NCBI GenBank assembly: GCA_976551045.1
Contig: CDPCPM010000160.1
Coordinates: 1,550,001 to 1,614,000 of the forward strand
Direction: 5' to 3'
DNA: 64,000 nucleotides
DNA from: Glaucostegus cemiculus
Taxonomy: Eukaryota
This document shows, piece after piece, positions 1 through 13,069 of this stretch. A program made the translations under genes and the position numbers. How positions within the stretch are numbered: the stretch's first letter is position 1; each line of letters starts with the position of its first letter. Under the pieces are notes generated by a model, which did no database searches, was not told the origin of the DNA, and saw nothing but the letters and a program-made list of their open reading frames with translations.

Positions 1-686
1 AGGGTTAGATAATGCCATATGTGTATTTCGCTCCTCATCCATCCTCTTTGGTTCCTGGACTCCTTACTTTGCAGTATTAAGGACTGAAAAACCACGTTTC
101 TTTGCTCCTAATTTTACCAAAACCCAAGGTTAACGCGTCACTCCCGTCCATTGGAAGGTTGATCTCTGACTTCCCGGACAATTGCCCCTCCACTACGTCT
201 ACGTCAACTATTGCCTTCCTGCCACAGGCTGAGGGCGGGACAGTGACATAGGGTAGAAGACAGGTTCGTGGCAGCTCTGGTTGTGGGATCAGGCGCAGAG
301 GATGTGATTCCCATCGTGAATGGTCACGATCTCTCGGTCAGCTGGATGTCCCCCAGAAAAATCTGCTGATGTGTTGTTCAACCCTGAAGCAACTCTCTCC
401 TGCCGAAGGGGAAGCTCGGGACTGTAAGCAGCACATTATTGTCACCTGAGACGGGGAAGTCAAAGTCACCTGACCGCATGCAAAGCTACAGTCCGGTCCA
501 GGCTAGAGCAAAACCGAAGCCAAGCTGACGACATCAGAGCGACACTCTGCCATGGTTTCGGGACTGAACGAGGGAACTGGTCAGAGACGGACCAATCAGT
601 AATCTGGGTTAAGAGTTTCGAAGATCACATTGTATGGCAAGGTTGAGGGGGGAAATGTGGGTGGATGCGGGAAGAGTGTCTATTAG

Positions 687-692
687 TTTATT
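687..692 (-). promoter_or_regulatory. candidate polyadenylation signal AATAAA of gene A
   Basis: Plus strand reads tttatt, about 250 nt downstream of the candidate terminal exon at 941. Confidence 0.4.
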
Positions 693-937
693 TCCATGGG
701 TTGTAGGGGAGTGGGGTCAGGTGAGGGAATCAAGGCAATATGACACCACAAACTCATAATCCTCAAGGATGTCTCCGTCCTGGGGATGTGCAACTGGGGA
801 AGCATATCAGGGCGACATGCACAACAGTTGTTAGGGAAACGTGAGAGACGTATTGCACAGCGGTATCTTCCTCCATCGGTTGTCCTTCTGCCGTCACCAT
901 TCACCAGCCAGCAATCCTCTTCTCGTCACCAACGACG

Positions 938-941
938 TCAT
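938..941 (-). CDS. candidate alternative terminal exon of gene A (completes Arg, then TGA)
   Basis: Acceptor tgttgttcacacag|A TGA is in phase with the donor AAG AG|gtatgt inside the ITAM exon. Confidence 0.4.
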
Positions 942-1247
942 CTGTGTGAACAACATAGAGTTCAAGTTTATATTAACCATCTAAATTTTACCAACTTTTG
1001 TCGTCAACTGTTTTATCCAGCCACTTCATTTGTTTAATAATGCCACTGGTTCACTAACGATGATCCCGTAAAGGATCATTGACTCCCTCCATGTCCCCGC
1101 CTACCTGCAAGCCGAAAATCCTACATATTATACATCAGTTAATCATAGGCAACATGTTAGCGAGCACAACCCGGCCCCGCATCTGTTACACAATGGCGAA
1201 ACATGGAGAACTAATGGATGCGCTTCCTTTTCAAATAACATATTGGA

Positions 1248-1319
1248 TCACTTGTCAAATGATGTTCCCACATACCTCTTTAGGTCGCTGTAAACGGATC
1301 GATCTTCCAGCTTCAGTCC
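1248..1319 (-). CDS. gene A cytoplasmic exon, distal ITAM half (GLKLEDRSVYSDLKR[YVGTSFDK*])
   Basis: Acceptor tttaacag|, phase 0; paralog of 60513-60563. Confidence 0.85.
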   Translation of the reverse strand, partial: GLKLEDRSVYSDLKRYVGTSFDK

Positions 1320-1614
1320 CTGTTAAACGTGAATAAATCTCCATGATTCACAACACATTGCAACAGAATCCGTCATTGACAAAAAATAAGTTAAAAATCG
1401 TTAAAAAATACTTCGCGAGTATTTAACACTTGGACACTGAATGGAATTGAGGGACATGGGGACCAGGGCTGAAAGCGCATCTGAGACACACAGTTATGAC
1501 ATTAAATGGCGGAGGAGGCTCAAGGAGTCGAATTACTGACACTTCCTTGTGTTTCTTGGTGGGTGAAATGGAAGCATTTCCTTCAAGAAGGAATGAACAA
1601 AGAAGTTCTCTTAC

Positions 1615-1656
1615 CATGTAAGTGGAGTTTCCATCTGGTGCATTCGTACTTATATT
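1615..1656 (-). CDS. gene A cytoplasmic exon, proximal ITAM tyrosine (NISTNAPDGNSTYM)
   Basis: ctatccag| ... ATG|gtaaga, phase 0-0; paralog of 60161-60199. Confidence 0.88.
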
Positions 1657-1889
1657 CTGGATAGAGAAAAATATATATATATTTGGCAATAACACAAAAA
1701 ATTCAATGATCTCTCCCCACACATGTACTCCGAGATCAATGTTCACATTCTTTACTCAATAATGCACTGTTCGCTTGTTCTGAACTCCGCCTGATTTTAA
1801 CACAGAGTAATAGCGAAATATTGTCTCTGAGATGGTGAAAACCTATCAAGGGAATTACACCATTCGTGAGGCTCTAGTACTTCATATGA

Positions 1890-4090
1890 ACACAAGAAAT
1901 AAGGGCAGGAGTAGGCCATTTGGCCCATCGACCCTGCTCCGCCAATCAATAACGTTGTGACTTATCCGGCCGTGGACTCAGCTCCTCCCACCTACCTGTC
2001 CCCCATAACCCTGAATTCCCCCCAGCATACACAAATCTACCGAACTGCGTCTCACAGATGTTTGAAGAGACAGCCTCTACTGCTTCCCTTGGCAGATAAT
2101 TCTACAGATTCAGTACTTTCTGGGAAAAACAGTCTTCCCTCATCTCCATCCTACATATATTCCACGAATATTGAGGTTATGCGTTATCGCCAATTCCATG
2201 CACACTTTTATTATAGATAAGTCTTTACTTCGACACCTTATTGAACACCTTCTGGGAATTCAAGTACACAACATCCATCTGTCCCCTATATCCGCTACGC
2301 TCATTATATCCTCAAAGAACTCCAGGAAGTTTGTCAAACAGGACATTCACTTCCTGAAACCATGCTAATGCAAACACTCTTATTCATATGTCTCGTTGTT
2401 TCTTCATTGGAGTTAGCTTCAAGCATTTTCCTGACTACAGGTGTCAAGCCAACTGCCATATAGTTGCCAGCCGTTTGCTCACATACTTTTTAAACAATGC
2501 GCCGAGACCTGCCCAAAGTCCAGAAATTTTGGTAAATTCTCACAACCCCGTCTACTATCACTTCCGCAATTTCTTTCAGTTCCCCGGGATACATCCCATC
2601 AGGACCATAGTTCCTATCTGCCTTTCTGACCACGAGTTTACTTATCACTAACCCTTTACTGACAGTGAATGTATCGAGGCCCACCCCTCCCATAGCATCC
2701 ATAACATCATTCTTTGCCATGTTAGACGTCTCATCCAGCGTGACGACAGACCTGAAATAGCGATCCTAGGTCTCGGCTATTTCGACATTACGCAAAATTA
2801 ATTCCCCCTTCTGTCGTTTCGAGGAACCAACGTTCATTTTAGCCACCATTTACCGCTTTGTATAAATACAAAACCATTTACAATCTGTACCTGTATTTTG
2901 TGCCAGTTTTCTTTCATAATCTATCTTCGTTTCCTTATTGCTTGCTCGGTGGTTCTTTGCGACTTTTTAAAGATTACGCAATCTTCCAGTATTCCACTGC
3001 AGTTGGCGACTCTGTCTGCGTGAGCATTTAGCTAATGGCTTCCTTTATTTGCTCTGTTATCCAAGGCTGTCTCTCCGCACGCTCATTGTCGTTGCCTTTA
3101 ACTGCAATATCGACTCCCTCGACCAACTAGATGTCCCCAGTCCATGTGGAAGTTAAGTCCTCGAGGGCAAATGCCGTTGCATGCTAACATGTCAGATATT
3201 TCTTGGTTTATTACCTGTGCCACTGTCATCTTATCATTCCGTGGCCTACAGACAACTCCCACCAGTGCTTTTTTCCGGGAACCAGTCCTAACCTCCACCC
3301 AGATGAACACAATACTCTAATCATTTGAGTTCATACCGTTTCTGACGATCGGACTGACCTCATGCTTAATTCAGAGCGCTACCCTACCTTCCTAAACTTT
3401 CTGCCGATCCGGCCGTATTATATGTGTGCCTTGCATATTTAATCCCCAAACATCTCTACCCTACCACTACATTTCTGTAATGGCAATTAAATCAAACCCC
3501 TTTCTACTGGTTTGTGCCACTTCACTGACCTAGGTTCGAATACTGTGGGCATTGAGATAAAGTGACTTTTAGATTCTAACAAGCTTGGTGCCCTTTGCAT
3601 TTGAATTTTCTCTATTCCACGTTTACTTTTCTAACATTTGCTTTACTCTCTGCATTGCTTCCCTCTGTCGTTCTGCATTGATTGCCATCCACCTGACATA
3701 TAACTTCAAACCCTCTGCAACATCGCGAGCAAGGACATTAACCCCAGTCCTGGCAAGATGAAGATCATTCGGTTTATTCAGGTCCCACTTTCCAACAAAC
3801 CGGTTCTAATGCCTCAGGTAATCTAAAACCCTCCCCACTGCACAACTGATCAAGCCACATATTTATCTAAACGGTGCTGAATGGCCTACCCTGATCAGTC
3901 ACTGGCACTGATAGAAATCCTGAGGTTATTACCTTCGAGGTCCTACTTTTTAACATAACTCCTTGCTCGCTAAATTCGGGTTTTAAGAAATAATCTCGGT
4001 TTATCCCTATATTGTTGGGACCTATGTGCACCACGACGGTGATATAGTGGTTGTTTCTGTCGACCAACTCGTCTTCGTAACTATTGATCA
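1890..4090 (-). mobile_element. degenerate, internally deleted CR1-type LINE
   Basis: ORF1 esterase-like VVVHIGPNNIG (3867-4091), endonuclease-like IWVEVR..LVGVVCRP (3098-3310), RT remnants, and CR1 3' end near 1890-2150. Confidence 0.8.
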
Positions 4091-4553
4091 TAACGCACGA
4101 ATTTAGATCTGTCCGTGGAAGTAGGGGCTTGAATTTTAAGTAATATCTAAAACATGTATGACAATTTGTGGCCTACAGTGATGGCAAACATGTACTGTTG
4201 CTTGTAATAAACACTGAGCAGGCCTACAACTGATCTCAGAATGAAATCTGCCACCTTTGTCCAGCCTTTCCTACCCTTGTAACTCCAGCTCCACCCATAT
4301 TATTGCCATTCGGATGACTCGACAGATCAAGATCAAGGTCAATCACCGGCCGACAACAATTGCGGGCGTTGTCATGAACGCTCCTCCCCCGTAAACGGAG
4401 AAGTTTAAGAAGTCCGACATAGGACTCGGGAAAGGAAAGCTAATGCATGCAGTTCAGAGCTGCCAAATACAAAACTACTCTCATGGCTGCGATGCAACAT
4501 CGCCTTTCCTTAAAACAACACCTGAAGCCACGAATATAATGCCAGGTACCAAC

Positions 4554-4618
4554 CTGTTCATTCCTTGGGAAATTTTCATAGGTCTGCAATGCGTTCACGG
4601 TGTTTGTGGCCAAGGTGC
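4554..4618 (-). CDS. gene A cytoplasmic exon (STLATNTVNALQTYENFPRNEQ)
   Basis: ttatttccatag| ... CAG|gttggt, 65 nt, phase 1-0, same length as paralog 59427-59491. Confidence 0.88.
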
Positions 4619-5054
4619 CTATGGAAATAAAACACATGCAGTCACAGCAGCGAAAAGCATCAGGAGAAGTTATTCAGCACAGAGGAAATCTATCCGGCTC
4701 CATTCATGGGACCAGCTATCAAATTAGGTTCATGACCTCTCCTGGCTATGAGCAAATGAACGTTCGTCCAGTAACTGAAATCATATTATGATGAAAATAA
4801 AGAGAGATTCGCTTTGCATAAACTCGTATTCACCTTCCACACTCACATTCTAGTATTGAGTTGAAAAGTTCAACTTATTTAACCGGACAAAACGTTTAAC
4901 ATAACAGCGGAATTCGTGACCGTTCATTAAGATGCAAATATCCAGCTTCAGTACCGGGTGACACACAGTTCATCAGATCAATTCCCAGAGCCAGAGGAAA
5001 TGTTAATCTTTCCATGGGTGCAGTAACAGAGCGGATGAAAAGGAGTTCACTCAC

Positions 5055-5110
5055 TCTTTCCTCCTGAAGTGATGCTCGTGCCATATTTTGCCTGGGGCGG
5101 ACCTTTCACC
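5055..5110 (-). CDS. gene A first cytoplasmic exon (VKGPPQAKYGTSITSGGK)
   Basis: tttattcag| ... A|gtgagt; phase 2-1 bridges the TM exon and the TYEN exon in frame. Confidence 0.72.
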
Positions 5111-5329
5111 CTGAATAAACATGAAGAGGTCAAAGGTGAATTCTGCAGGAAGTTATTTCCTTGGACTGACACACCGAGTGAGAACTGTTTCTGAAATCCC
5201 ATTTACTGGCAGTCGAGTTATTCCTTGCAGCTGTTCCAGCTATCCGATTTACCCACTTTACCCACTTCTCAATTGTAACTCGAGTATGGATTAATAAACT
5301 CATGATTTGCGGACTGAGGTTAGTTGGTA

Positions 5330-5820
5330 AAAGAGAGTCATTAATACCCAGGAAAGACACATCAGTGCAGGCGCCAGATGTCCTCCACTGCACGGCTCTA
5401 TTTCTATTCCTCAGACTTCTACATATGTCCCCACAATATATATATTTATCCAGCTTCCTCAACTACCACATTGGACGCACTTTCAAAGCATCTGCAGGGA
5501 GATCGTTAAATCTTTCAACAATGCGCCTTGCAGAAACAAAAGCATTTCTTCGACAAGTACCCTGTTGCGTTTATTTTCTAATTGTGACTTTAAACCTCGA
5601 CTCTTTTGCCAAGGTCACCAACCTCCCACTCTCCACATTATCCACCTTCCACATCAGTTTTTGTGCTTCGCTCAAGTCTCCACTCACCCTATCCTTCTCC
5701 AAGGAAAACAGTCCCAGTCTCTCCCACCTATCCCTGATCCCAGGAACCACTTTCCTCTATCTGTTCTGGGCTCTCGCTGAAGTTCTCAGCTGCTTACTGT
5801 AATGTGGTGACCAGAAATAA
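5330..5820 (-). mobile_element. CR1-type LINE 3' fragment
   Basis: CR1-like 3' region (tctccaaggaaaacagtcccagtc, aatgtggtgaccagaa). Confidence 0.55.
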
Positions 5821-5979
5821 AAATTAAATCATGTATCTTACAATACGGACAAGTTTTCTTTTCTGTTTTATATATCTTCCTTCCTATAATACTCCTTGCG
5901 TATGTGGATAAAGACAGGAATTTCGTCTGCCTTCTTAACGAATATAAGAGGGAAACCACTGCATTTTCCGCCTCGGTGG

Positions 5980-6600
5980 TGTCTAACCTGACCCAACAAC
6001 ATCGAATTCTATAACTTCAGGTAACCACTCCCCTCTGTCAATCTTTAACCTTCTGCGACCGGCCCCTCCAGTCCATCTATTTCCCCTCCTCCTCCCTCTC
6101 AATCTGCCCTTCACCAACGTATTCCTCCTTCGGTTTTCCCTCCCTAACACCTTCCCTTTAATCTGTGGACCACTGCCCTCTCCTATCAGATGACATCTGG
6201 TACAGTCCTTTCCCACTTCCATCTAACACCTCCCAGTTCCTGAAACCCATTCTCATTCTACCCTCCCCTCACCTGCCAATCATCTACTCTCTTGGATAGA
6301 CCTATCACCAGCCAGCTCTTCCTCAAACATTTCCCCAACATATTTATACTGGCTACGTCCCCGCTTTCCTTCCAGGCCTCTGGAAAGGTCACGACCTGAA
6401 ACGTCAACACATCGCCAGCCTGCTCATGCCCCACCACCTCCCACATCTTTTTATACTGCCTACCTCCCCACTTTCTTTCGCGTCCTCTGGAAAGGTCTCG
6501 ACCCGAAAAGTCATCTCTCCGTTTCCGTCCACAGGTGCTGCCTCCCCGTTGAGTTCCCCCAGCTACTTTGACTGTAACTTCCTCCATTAACCTCCAACAT
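5980..6600 (+). mobile_element. Penelope-like/non-autonomous repeat end with an internal ~110-bp imperfect direct repeat
   Basis: Two copies of ctctggaaaggtc(a/t)cgacc(t/c)gaaa, followed by cacaggtgctgcctccccgttgagttcccccagc, which resembles a common elasmobranch repeat terminus. Confidence 0.5.
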
Positions 6601-6781
6601 CGGAAGTTCGCGTTCATGGTGTCAACGTCCCTTTGGAGCCACAGGCGTCATTTTATTTTATCTGTTAATACTGTTATGTGGTGGGACACGTTGTTCAGGC
6701 TGTAATTTCGATACAAATTCTGCCTGAATACTCTTCCCATAATTTAAGGTAGAAACAATATTCGGAAGAAAACACATTTAC

Positions 6782-6893
6782 CTGCCAGTTTTCCTTGCGA
6801 TGAACCAACCACTGATTCCGCTGATCAAACCCACACCAAGTAGACCAAGAACGATGCCCGCGATGGCGCCAGGGCCGAGGGTACAACTGGCAT
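6782..6893 (-). CDS. gene A transmembrane exon (DASCTLGPGAIAGIVLGLLGVGLISGISGWFIARKTG)
   Basis: cttaacag| ... AG|gtaaat, phase 1-2; CEACAM1-like PGAIAGIV motif followed by basic stop-transfer residues. Confidence 0.9.
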
Positions 6894-7548
6894 CTGTTAA
6901 GGGTGCTACCACACACAAGAAAGATCTATTTTATATCCGAAAAACAAATTCCTTACAGTAACAATGTGCATTTACATGGCGAACAACTCTTTAATATTAA
7001 TTTATCATCGTATATTTGAAATCGTATTTTGTGTATCAGAATGAAAGTGCAGGGAAGCTGGAGATACTATAGGAGACCAACACGCTGAACTGTGCTCGGA
7101 GTAAACCTAAGCCTCTCCTCTGTGATCAGTAGAAACAGCAAAGGCTCAGTAAACAGAACATCCAACAGTCTTTGTTCTGATGGCTGAGCTCACCCTCTCC
7201 TGTATCATTGCAACAAGCATAGCCCTCCCATATTGTCACTTGTCTGGTTTGACCTGTCCTTGAAAGTCCACCAACGTTTTCGTCAAACAGGAATATAACG
7301 TTCTCTGGTCTGGCCGTAAGTGGAGAGATTAAATCAATGTGGTTCTGGCGAATGGTGAAGTCTTTTTACATTCTCTCCACAACATTCATCGTTCCTGACA
7401 ACATTAAGAAGTCTCATAGCTGATCTTTCTATCTGATTATCCATTTGGAAATGCGACGGGAGGACGAGAGTGGGATGTTCGGGAAACAAAATGTCTGGGT
7501 CTTTAATCAGCGGGTGTGAATAGAACAAGCACAGAAACATTCACTCAC

Positions 7549-7806
7549 CTTGTGTGGTAACCTCAACAGTAAGCTTACTACTCCTATTGGTTACGCGGTT
7601 AATAACCAGACATGTATAATTCCTACTGTTAACCGAGCTCCCTGACACAAGGGTGAGCTCCTGCCCTGTCTGGAGAGTAATGTTCCCGTTGTACCATGCG
7701 TATTCACCACAGGGGACTGACAGAGCAAAGGAAGTTAATGACAGATTTGTTCCAAGATTTGCAACAACTGGAGACTGCGGCAGAATTCTGACCTTCTCAG
7801 GACCAT
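7549..7806 (-). CDS. gene A IgC-like B-type exon (YGPEKVRILPQ...), B-strand Cys replaced by Ser
   Basis: 258 nt, phase 1-1; paralog of 53209-53466. Confidence 0.88.
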
Positions 7807-7887
7807 CTACAAAACGAGAATACGTGTCGATTCTGTGTTCAGTAATATCAGATACAAACTAACGTTGTTGTTTGCCTGCATACTCAC

Positions 7888-8163
7888 AGTAAACATTCAA
7901 GTAGGTCTCTCCAGCGCCACTGTTGAAACTGTTGCTGACGACGCACTTGTATGTCCCTGCATCATTTCTGTTCACACTAATTATGGTTAGTTCAGAATTG
8001 TCGGCGGATGTGAATATTCTACTATTTTCCTGTATGGGTTGGTTATTTTTCAACCATGTCCGTTTCTGAACAGTGCCCCAGGCGTGACAGGTCAGTGCTA
8101 CGGCATCGACGTTTTCCACTGGAGTGGAATCGTTGTTGAAGACAGTCACGTCAGACACGGCCT
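7888..8163 (-). CDS. gene A IgC-like A-type exon (EAVSDVTV...LTC..W..YKC)
   Basis: 276 nt, tttacag| ... T|gtgagt; paralog of 52846-53121. Confidence 0.92.
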
Positions 8164-9299
8164 CTGTAAATAAAGTTGAAATGGAATTTGTGTTACACTG
8201 TTGTCTTAACCACAACCTGTTCGTAAGAGGTGGGTATCGCCAACTCAAGACCATAACCAATCCTGGAATTCTGTCCAATTTGATTCAATATCCAACCAGA
8301 TATTAGACTAAGCAGAACTCGAGTACAGTGTTTAAATATTGGCTACTGTCTGTTCAAGAGAGACAGACGTTTACTTGGTTATAGATTGCTGGTCTTGGTC
8401 AACATTCAAAAATAAACAGGCAGCTCCCTTACTATGTTTGGACTCGCCTTATTAGTCCTATCAAAATGTATCACCTTACAGATTTCGGGATTAAATTCCA
8501 TTAGCCGCTGCACATCACAGTTTACCAACTCATCAATAACAACATCTCACCCGCCTAATCTCCCACTTCTCAAAACAGCTGATGTCCAACATTTTGGATA
8601 TAGCAGAAAGGTTCAAAACATTAATCCCTGTGGTGCATCGCTGGTCACAGACACCTAATCACAAACATTGCCCATAACGTACCCCCTGCCTTCTATCAAC
8701 AAACGACATTTTTAAAGCATTGATAAAAAGTAAACCACATGCAAATTTACTCCATGTCCCGATGGCCCTATTGGAGGCAGTAATTTGTAAAGGCAAAATA
8801 ATTCAGACAGTAGGTTTCAACGGACATATTATATTATAGAGATAAATCCAACTGGGAATTTCATTTGGAATGAAATCATGAAGAACACTGGTGCAAGGTT
8901 CGAAAGTGTTGATTGCATTCACTATAGAGTGCAGTAAGAATCCCCACAGCATTAAAACCAGAGGTGGGTAACGCGTCTTCAGACTGGAGTTAATGCCATT
9001 TCCACTGTCAAACCCAACGAAAGAGTCTCTTGCTCCTGCCGATCAAGCTGTGGCTCCTGATTCACACATCCCATTCCAAATAAAGGCAAGGGTACGATCC
9101 ATGATTGTCGAGCTAAGTAACTGATGAAGCACAGTTATCACTTCGCATCGATACAAACCATCAAATGAGCTATAGCACAGAGCATAGAAATAGTCCTTTC
9201 AGCCTAAACAATCCGTGCTAGTCTCTAAACTCGCCCTAACTGTCTTCGTCCAAACGTCTCGGTGTAATGAAGGACTCCCATCGTCCTCAATGCTTTTCA

Positions 9300-9635
9300 A
9301 CCTCTAAGTAAATGCCACGACCGGTGAAACCATCCTCACAAATCAGGCTCAAGGACGGCTTTTACCCTCTCCTGCAGGACTATTCAACGGTCCCCTAGCA
9401 CAATAAGATGGACTCCTGACCTCAAAATCTACCTCGTTATGACCTTGCACGTTATTGTCTCCCTGCACTGCACTTTCTATGTAGCTGTTGCACTTTATTC
9501 TGCATTCCGTTATTGTTTTTACTTGTACTGCCTCGATGCATTGTGTAATGAATTGATTTCTACAAACAGAATGCAAGGGAGGTTCAGCAGTTTACCTCGG
9601 TACTTGAGACAATAATAATAAACCAATAAACCACG
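9300..9635 (+). mobile_element. 3' end of a non-LTR retroelement family (family uncertain)
   Basis: Ends cctcggtacttgagacaataataataaaccaataaacca; a second copy lies inverted at about 27985-28215. Confidence 0.55.
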
Positions 9636-10347
9636 ACTTGCGGCACAGTTCTCTCCGGGCATGCAACATACTGACAATCCTCAATTTCCCGTTGAGTTTC
9701 CTACTGACTCTGCTGCTGACCGTGCCCAGATTATCTCCTCTCGAGAGGAGGGGGATTCATTCTCTCTACGTCCATTCCTTTCACCATGTTAAATATTACA
9801 AGACGTCAACCTGGAACAGTAACTGTTTCTCTCTGCGCTTGGCTGCCTGTCGCGCTCCGCTTCTTGTGATCAGACAACTTATTTAAAAGACGCCCCTCGA
9901 CCTGCTATTCACACCAGACAAGCGACCCACCCTTTTGCTGTAGCTCAGAACAGTTTGTTTGATCAAATCTATGTCCTCTGGCGAAGTAAATATGACGAGG
10001 CTTAGGACGAGAGTGAGGCGTCCATTGTTGGTTGTCCTGAGAGGCCAAACGAACAACTGCACTCATCGTTTCTCGGCCTCTGTCCCTGACGTGTTCGGCT
10101 TTGTGATTTTCATTGGACAATGCACGAGCAGTAAGACATTTGAGACTGTAACTTGATCAGCCAAACAAAACAAAAACAATTCCGAGTTGCATTTTCTCAA
10201 TCAACACACTCATTCTTCAACATGCAGAATTCTGGATCGTTATACTGAATCGGTAGTGTGATCGGGTTCGGACGATTAGTTCAATCACACTGTGCGCCAT
10301 CACTGTTCAACACGGGACGAGAGAAAGGGGAGAAACGGATGACCTAC

Positions 10348-10607
10348 CAAGCACAATGATTTGCATGGTTGAGGCGTTGTACCTTCCGTCACATGGTTAT
10401 AGGCCTCACAAGTGTAATTCCCTGTGTCCCACACAGAAATACTGTCAAGGATGAGCTCTTGCCCAGTTTGTAGATAGGCATCGTTCAGATACCAGTCCAG
10501 ATCAGCAACTGGACTCGACTGTGCAAAACATGCTGACGTGATGGTGCTTCCGGCAATGTGAAGAGCGGAGTCAGGGTTAGTGGTGATATATGGACGATCC
10601 GGTCCGT
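10348..10607 (-). pseudogene. gene A IgC-like B-type exon, disrupted
   Basis: Paralog of 46814-47074 (261 nt) but 260 nt long (1-nt loss near 10384); acceptor reads ttttCG instead of ttttAG. Confidence 0.88.
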
Positions 10608-10977
10608 CGAAAACAAACTCACAAAATGGTTTGTGGTAAACTGCACGAATGGGAAATGCAACACCGAAGCAGAGAGAGAGAGGAACAGGAGCCCATCACC
10701 ACAGAGAGTGCACACCAGCATGGTTTCTATTCGTGCAAACCGAGCCCTAGTTTTATGGTCACCGTTACCGAGACTGGGATTTTCATCTTGAAGAACCCGA
10801 TTTCAACAAAGTTCCTAAGGGAGATTCGGACAAGTCTCCCATTCTCCTTACAGTAGTTCTGGCGTTGGTCTCAAGAGGGCATCACTGTGCTACTGTCCCA
10901 CATTCCCTCTCTTGCAACCCCGTGCCCAGCAGGACTGGTGTTACACTGTGGAACAATTGATCTCTAGGGACACTTAC

Positions 10978-11250
10978 AGTAAATATTGAGATAAAACAGG
11001 TCGCTTGTCATTCCGCTGATCAAGTTGTCTGCGCGGCAGGTGAACGGTCCATCTGCCCGGAACACTCGAGGAACAGTGAGTGTGCTATTATCGGCGCTCA
11101 GTTCAAACCTGCCACCTGGATTTATCGCGCCATTGTCTTCAAGCCACACATAAGAGACATCCGTGCCTGTTGCGATACATGTCAATATCACGGTGTGGTA
11201 CTCTACCACGCTGGTGTCAGTGGATTGAATAATGGCTTTGGAAACAGGCT
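10978..11250 (-). CDS. gene A IgC-like A-type exon (EPVSKAII...LTC..W..FTC)
   Basis: 273 nt, in frame, one codon shorter than paralog 44997-45272. Confidence 0.9.
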
Positions 11251-11559
11251 CTGTGGAACTCATTAGCTGAGTTAGTGCACAAGATCTGAAGACGCAAATC
11301 TAGAAGATTTTGGATTCTGTTTCAAATCTGAAAGATGAATTTGCACGTTGACTGATCTATAATGCAGAATCAGAAAGCATTAAAATATTTATGTTAGACC
11401 GAGAGCGACATATCCGTTGAGCTAGGTATTGCGATGCAGTTACTGCGCTGGAGACAGGTCACATCTTTCTTCACCCAGTGACCTGAATATTATTTTAATT
11501 CACTCCCCCGATGAGGTGCCAATAGTCCCAGAGTCACAGTGTTATGCACCTCTACGTAA

Positions 11560-12370
11560 GCATGCCCTTCCTCCCAAAGCGTCCATGCCGACCAAGTTGT
11601 ATGGCAGAGGCTTTCCCATTAGTCTTCGAAACGTCTTCAGAGCTTTGTAATTGTACCCACCTCCACCACCTCAACTGACAATTTGTTCCACAGACCAGCC
11701 AGTCTCTGAGTGAAAATGCTGTCCTTCAGTTCCTTTACAAATCTTTCCACTCTCACCTTAAACCGATGTCGTTAACTTGTAGACTCCCCTACCCTGCAGA
11801 CCACCCACCTCACCAACAACCCTCCTGGTTTTATATATGTCTATAAAGTCACACCACAAGTCTCCCGGGCTCCACGGTAAAGGTCTCAGACTATCCAGCT
11901 TCCTGACTGAAGGCCTTCCCATACCGGTGATCTCCTGAAAATCCTTTCTGTACCCCTTCCAGCTAAAGGACACCCTTCCTATAGCTGGGCGACCGCAACT
12001 AGACATAGTATTCCAGGTACGTTCTCATCAATGACTTGTAAAATTGTAGAATCACGTTCCAACTTTCAGCACTGACTGATAAAAGAAAGATCGACAAGCG
12101 CCTTTTTCACTAACCTGTCTGCCAGTTTCAGGGACTATGTAGACGTTCACCTTGGTCTCGCTGTTCTCCAACACTGTCCAGGACCTGAAATTCACTGTGC
12201 AAGTCATGCCTGTTTAAATTACCAAAATGCAACACAGTGCATTTGAGTTCAATTCCATCTGCCTTTCCTCGGCCGATTACTCCGGCTCATCAGAATCCTG
12301 TTGTAATCCAAGATAACTTCCTTCACTGTCCACATCACCAACTTCTGTGTCATCCGCAAATTTACTAATC
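11560..12370 (-). mobile_element. CR1-type LINE 3' RT fragment
   Basis: gtgtcatccgcaaatttact is the reverse complement of the KFADDT RT motif; CR1 3' region follows. Confidence 0.7.
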
Positions 12371-13069
12371 ACCCCCATAACAGCTCTTTCTATCTCTGTT
12401 AGAAAGCAGAGCCGCTGTTCACCTCACATTCGCTCTCCGCACTCGCACCTGCTGACCTCCTGCATTTGTCTCACAGATAAAGTCTGCAGGCATGCCAGAC
12501 AATCGCTGCCGAGGACGCCAATCAAAACCGGATGAACTACTCCAACAGCGAGCGATGGATGTTGGTGGCAGCGCTCGGAGAACTGCCGAATTCTCTCAGA
12601 CTGCACACAAACCATAGGACCGATTGAACCTCAGTTATCATCTTTGCCAGAAGTCAGTGTGGAGGGAAGTATACCGTGCCCACGGCACGTCAGCAAAGAC
12701 TGCACCCAGAGGCAGAAGTGGGGCTTGGCATTGCATCGCTCCACCCGAAGCACTCTACCAACTGCGCATGCGCAAATTGACAAACATCTCTGCTGTGAGC
12801 ACCTCACTTTGAACAGTCGGATGCAGTTGTCGGGAGTGAATGGCTTCAAGAACAAATTCCAGTTGTTAATTCATCAGAAGATAAATCATTCCTAGAGCTG
12901 CTGCAGTTCACTTGTTGGGCATTCGGTGCTTCAACATTTGCTCACTAAACAAAAATGTTTCGGTCAGTCCCCTTCCCGACACCTTCTTCAGAATTTCTGT
13001 CCATGCCTTTGGAAGCCCGAAGTGACCCTATTTCCATCCCCCAATTTTTAATTCAATGTCTCACCCAAA

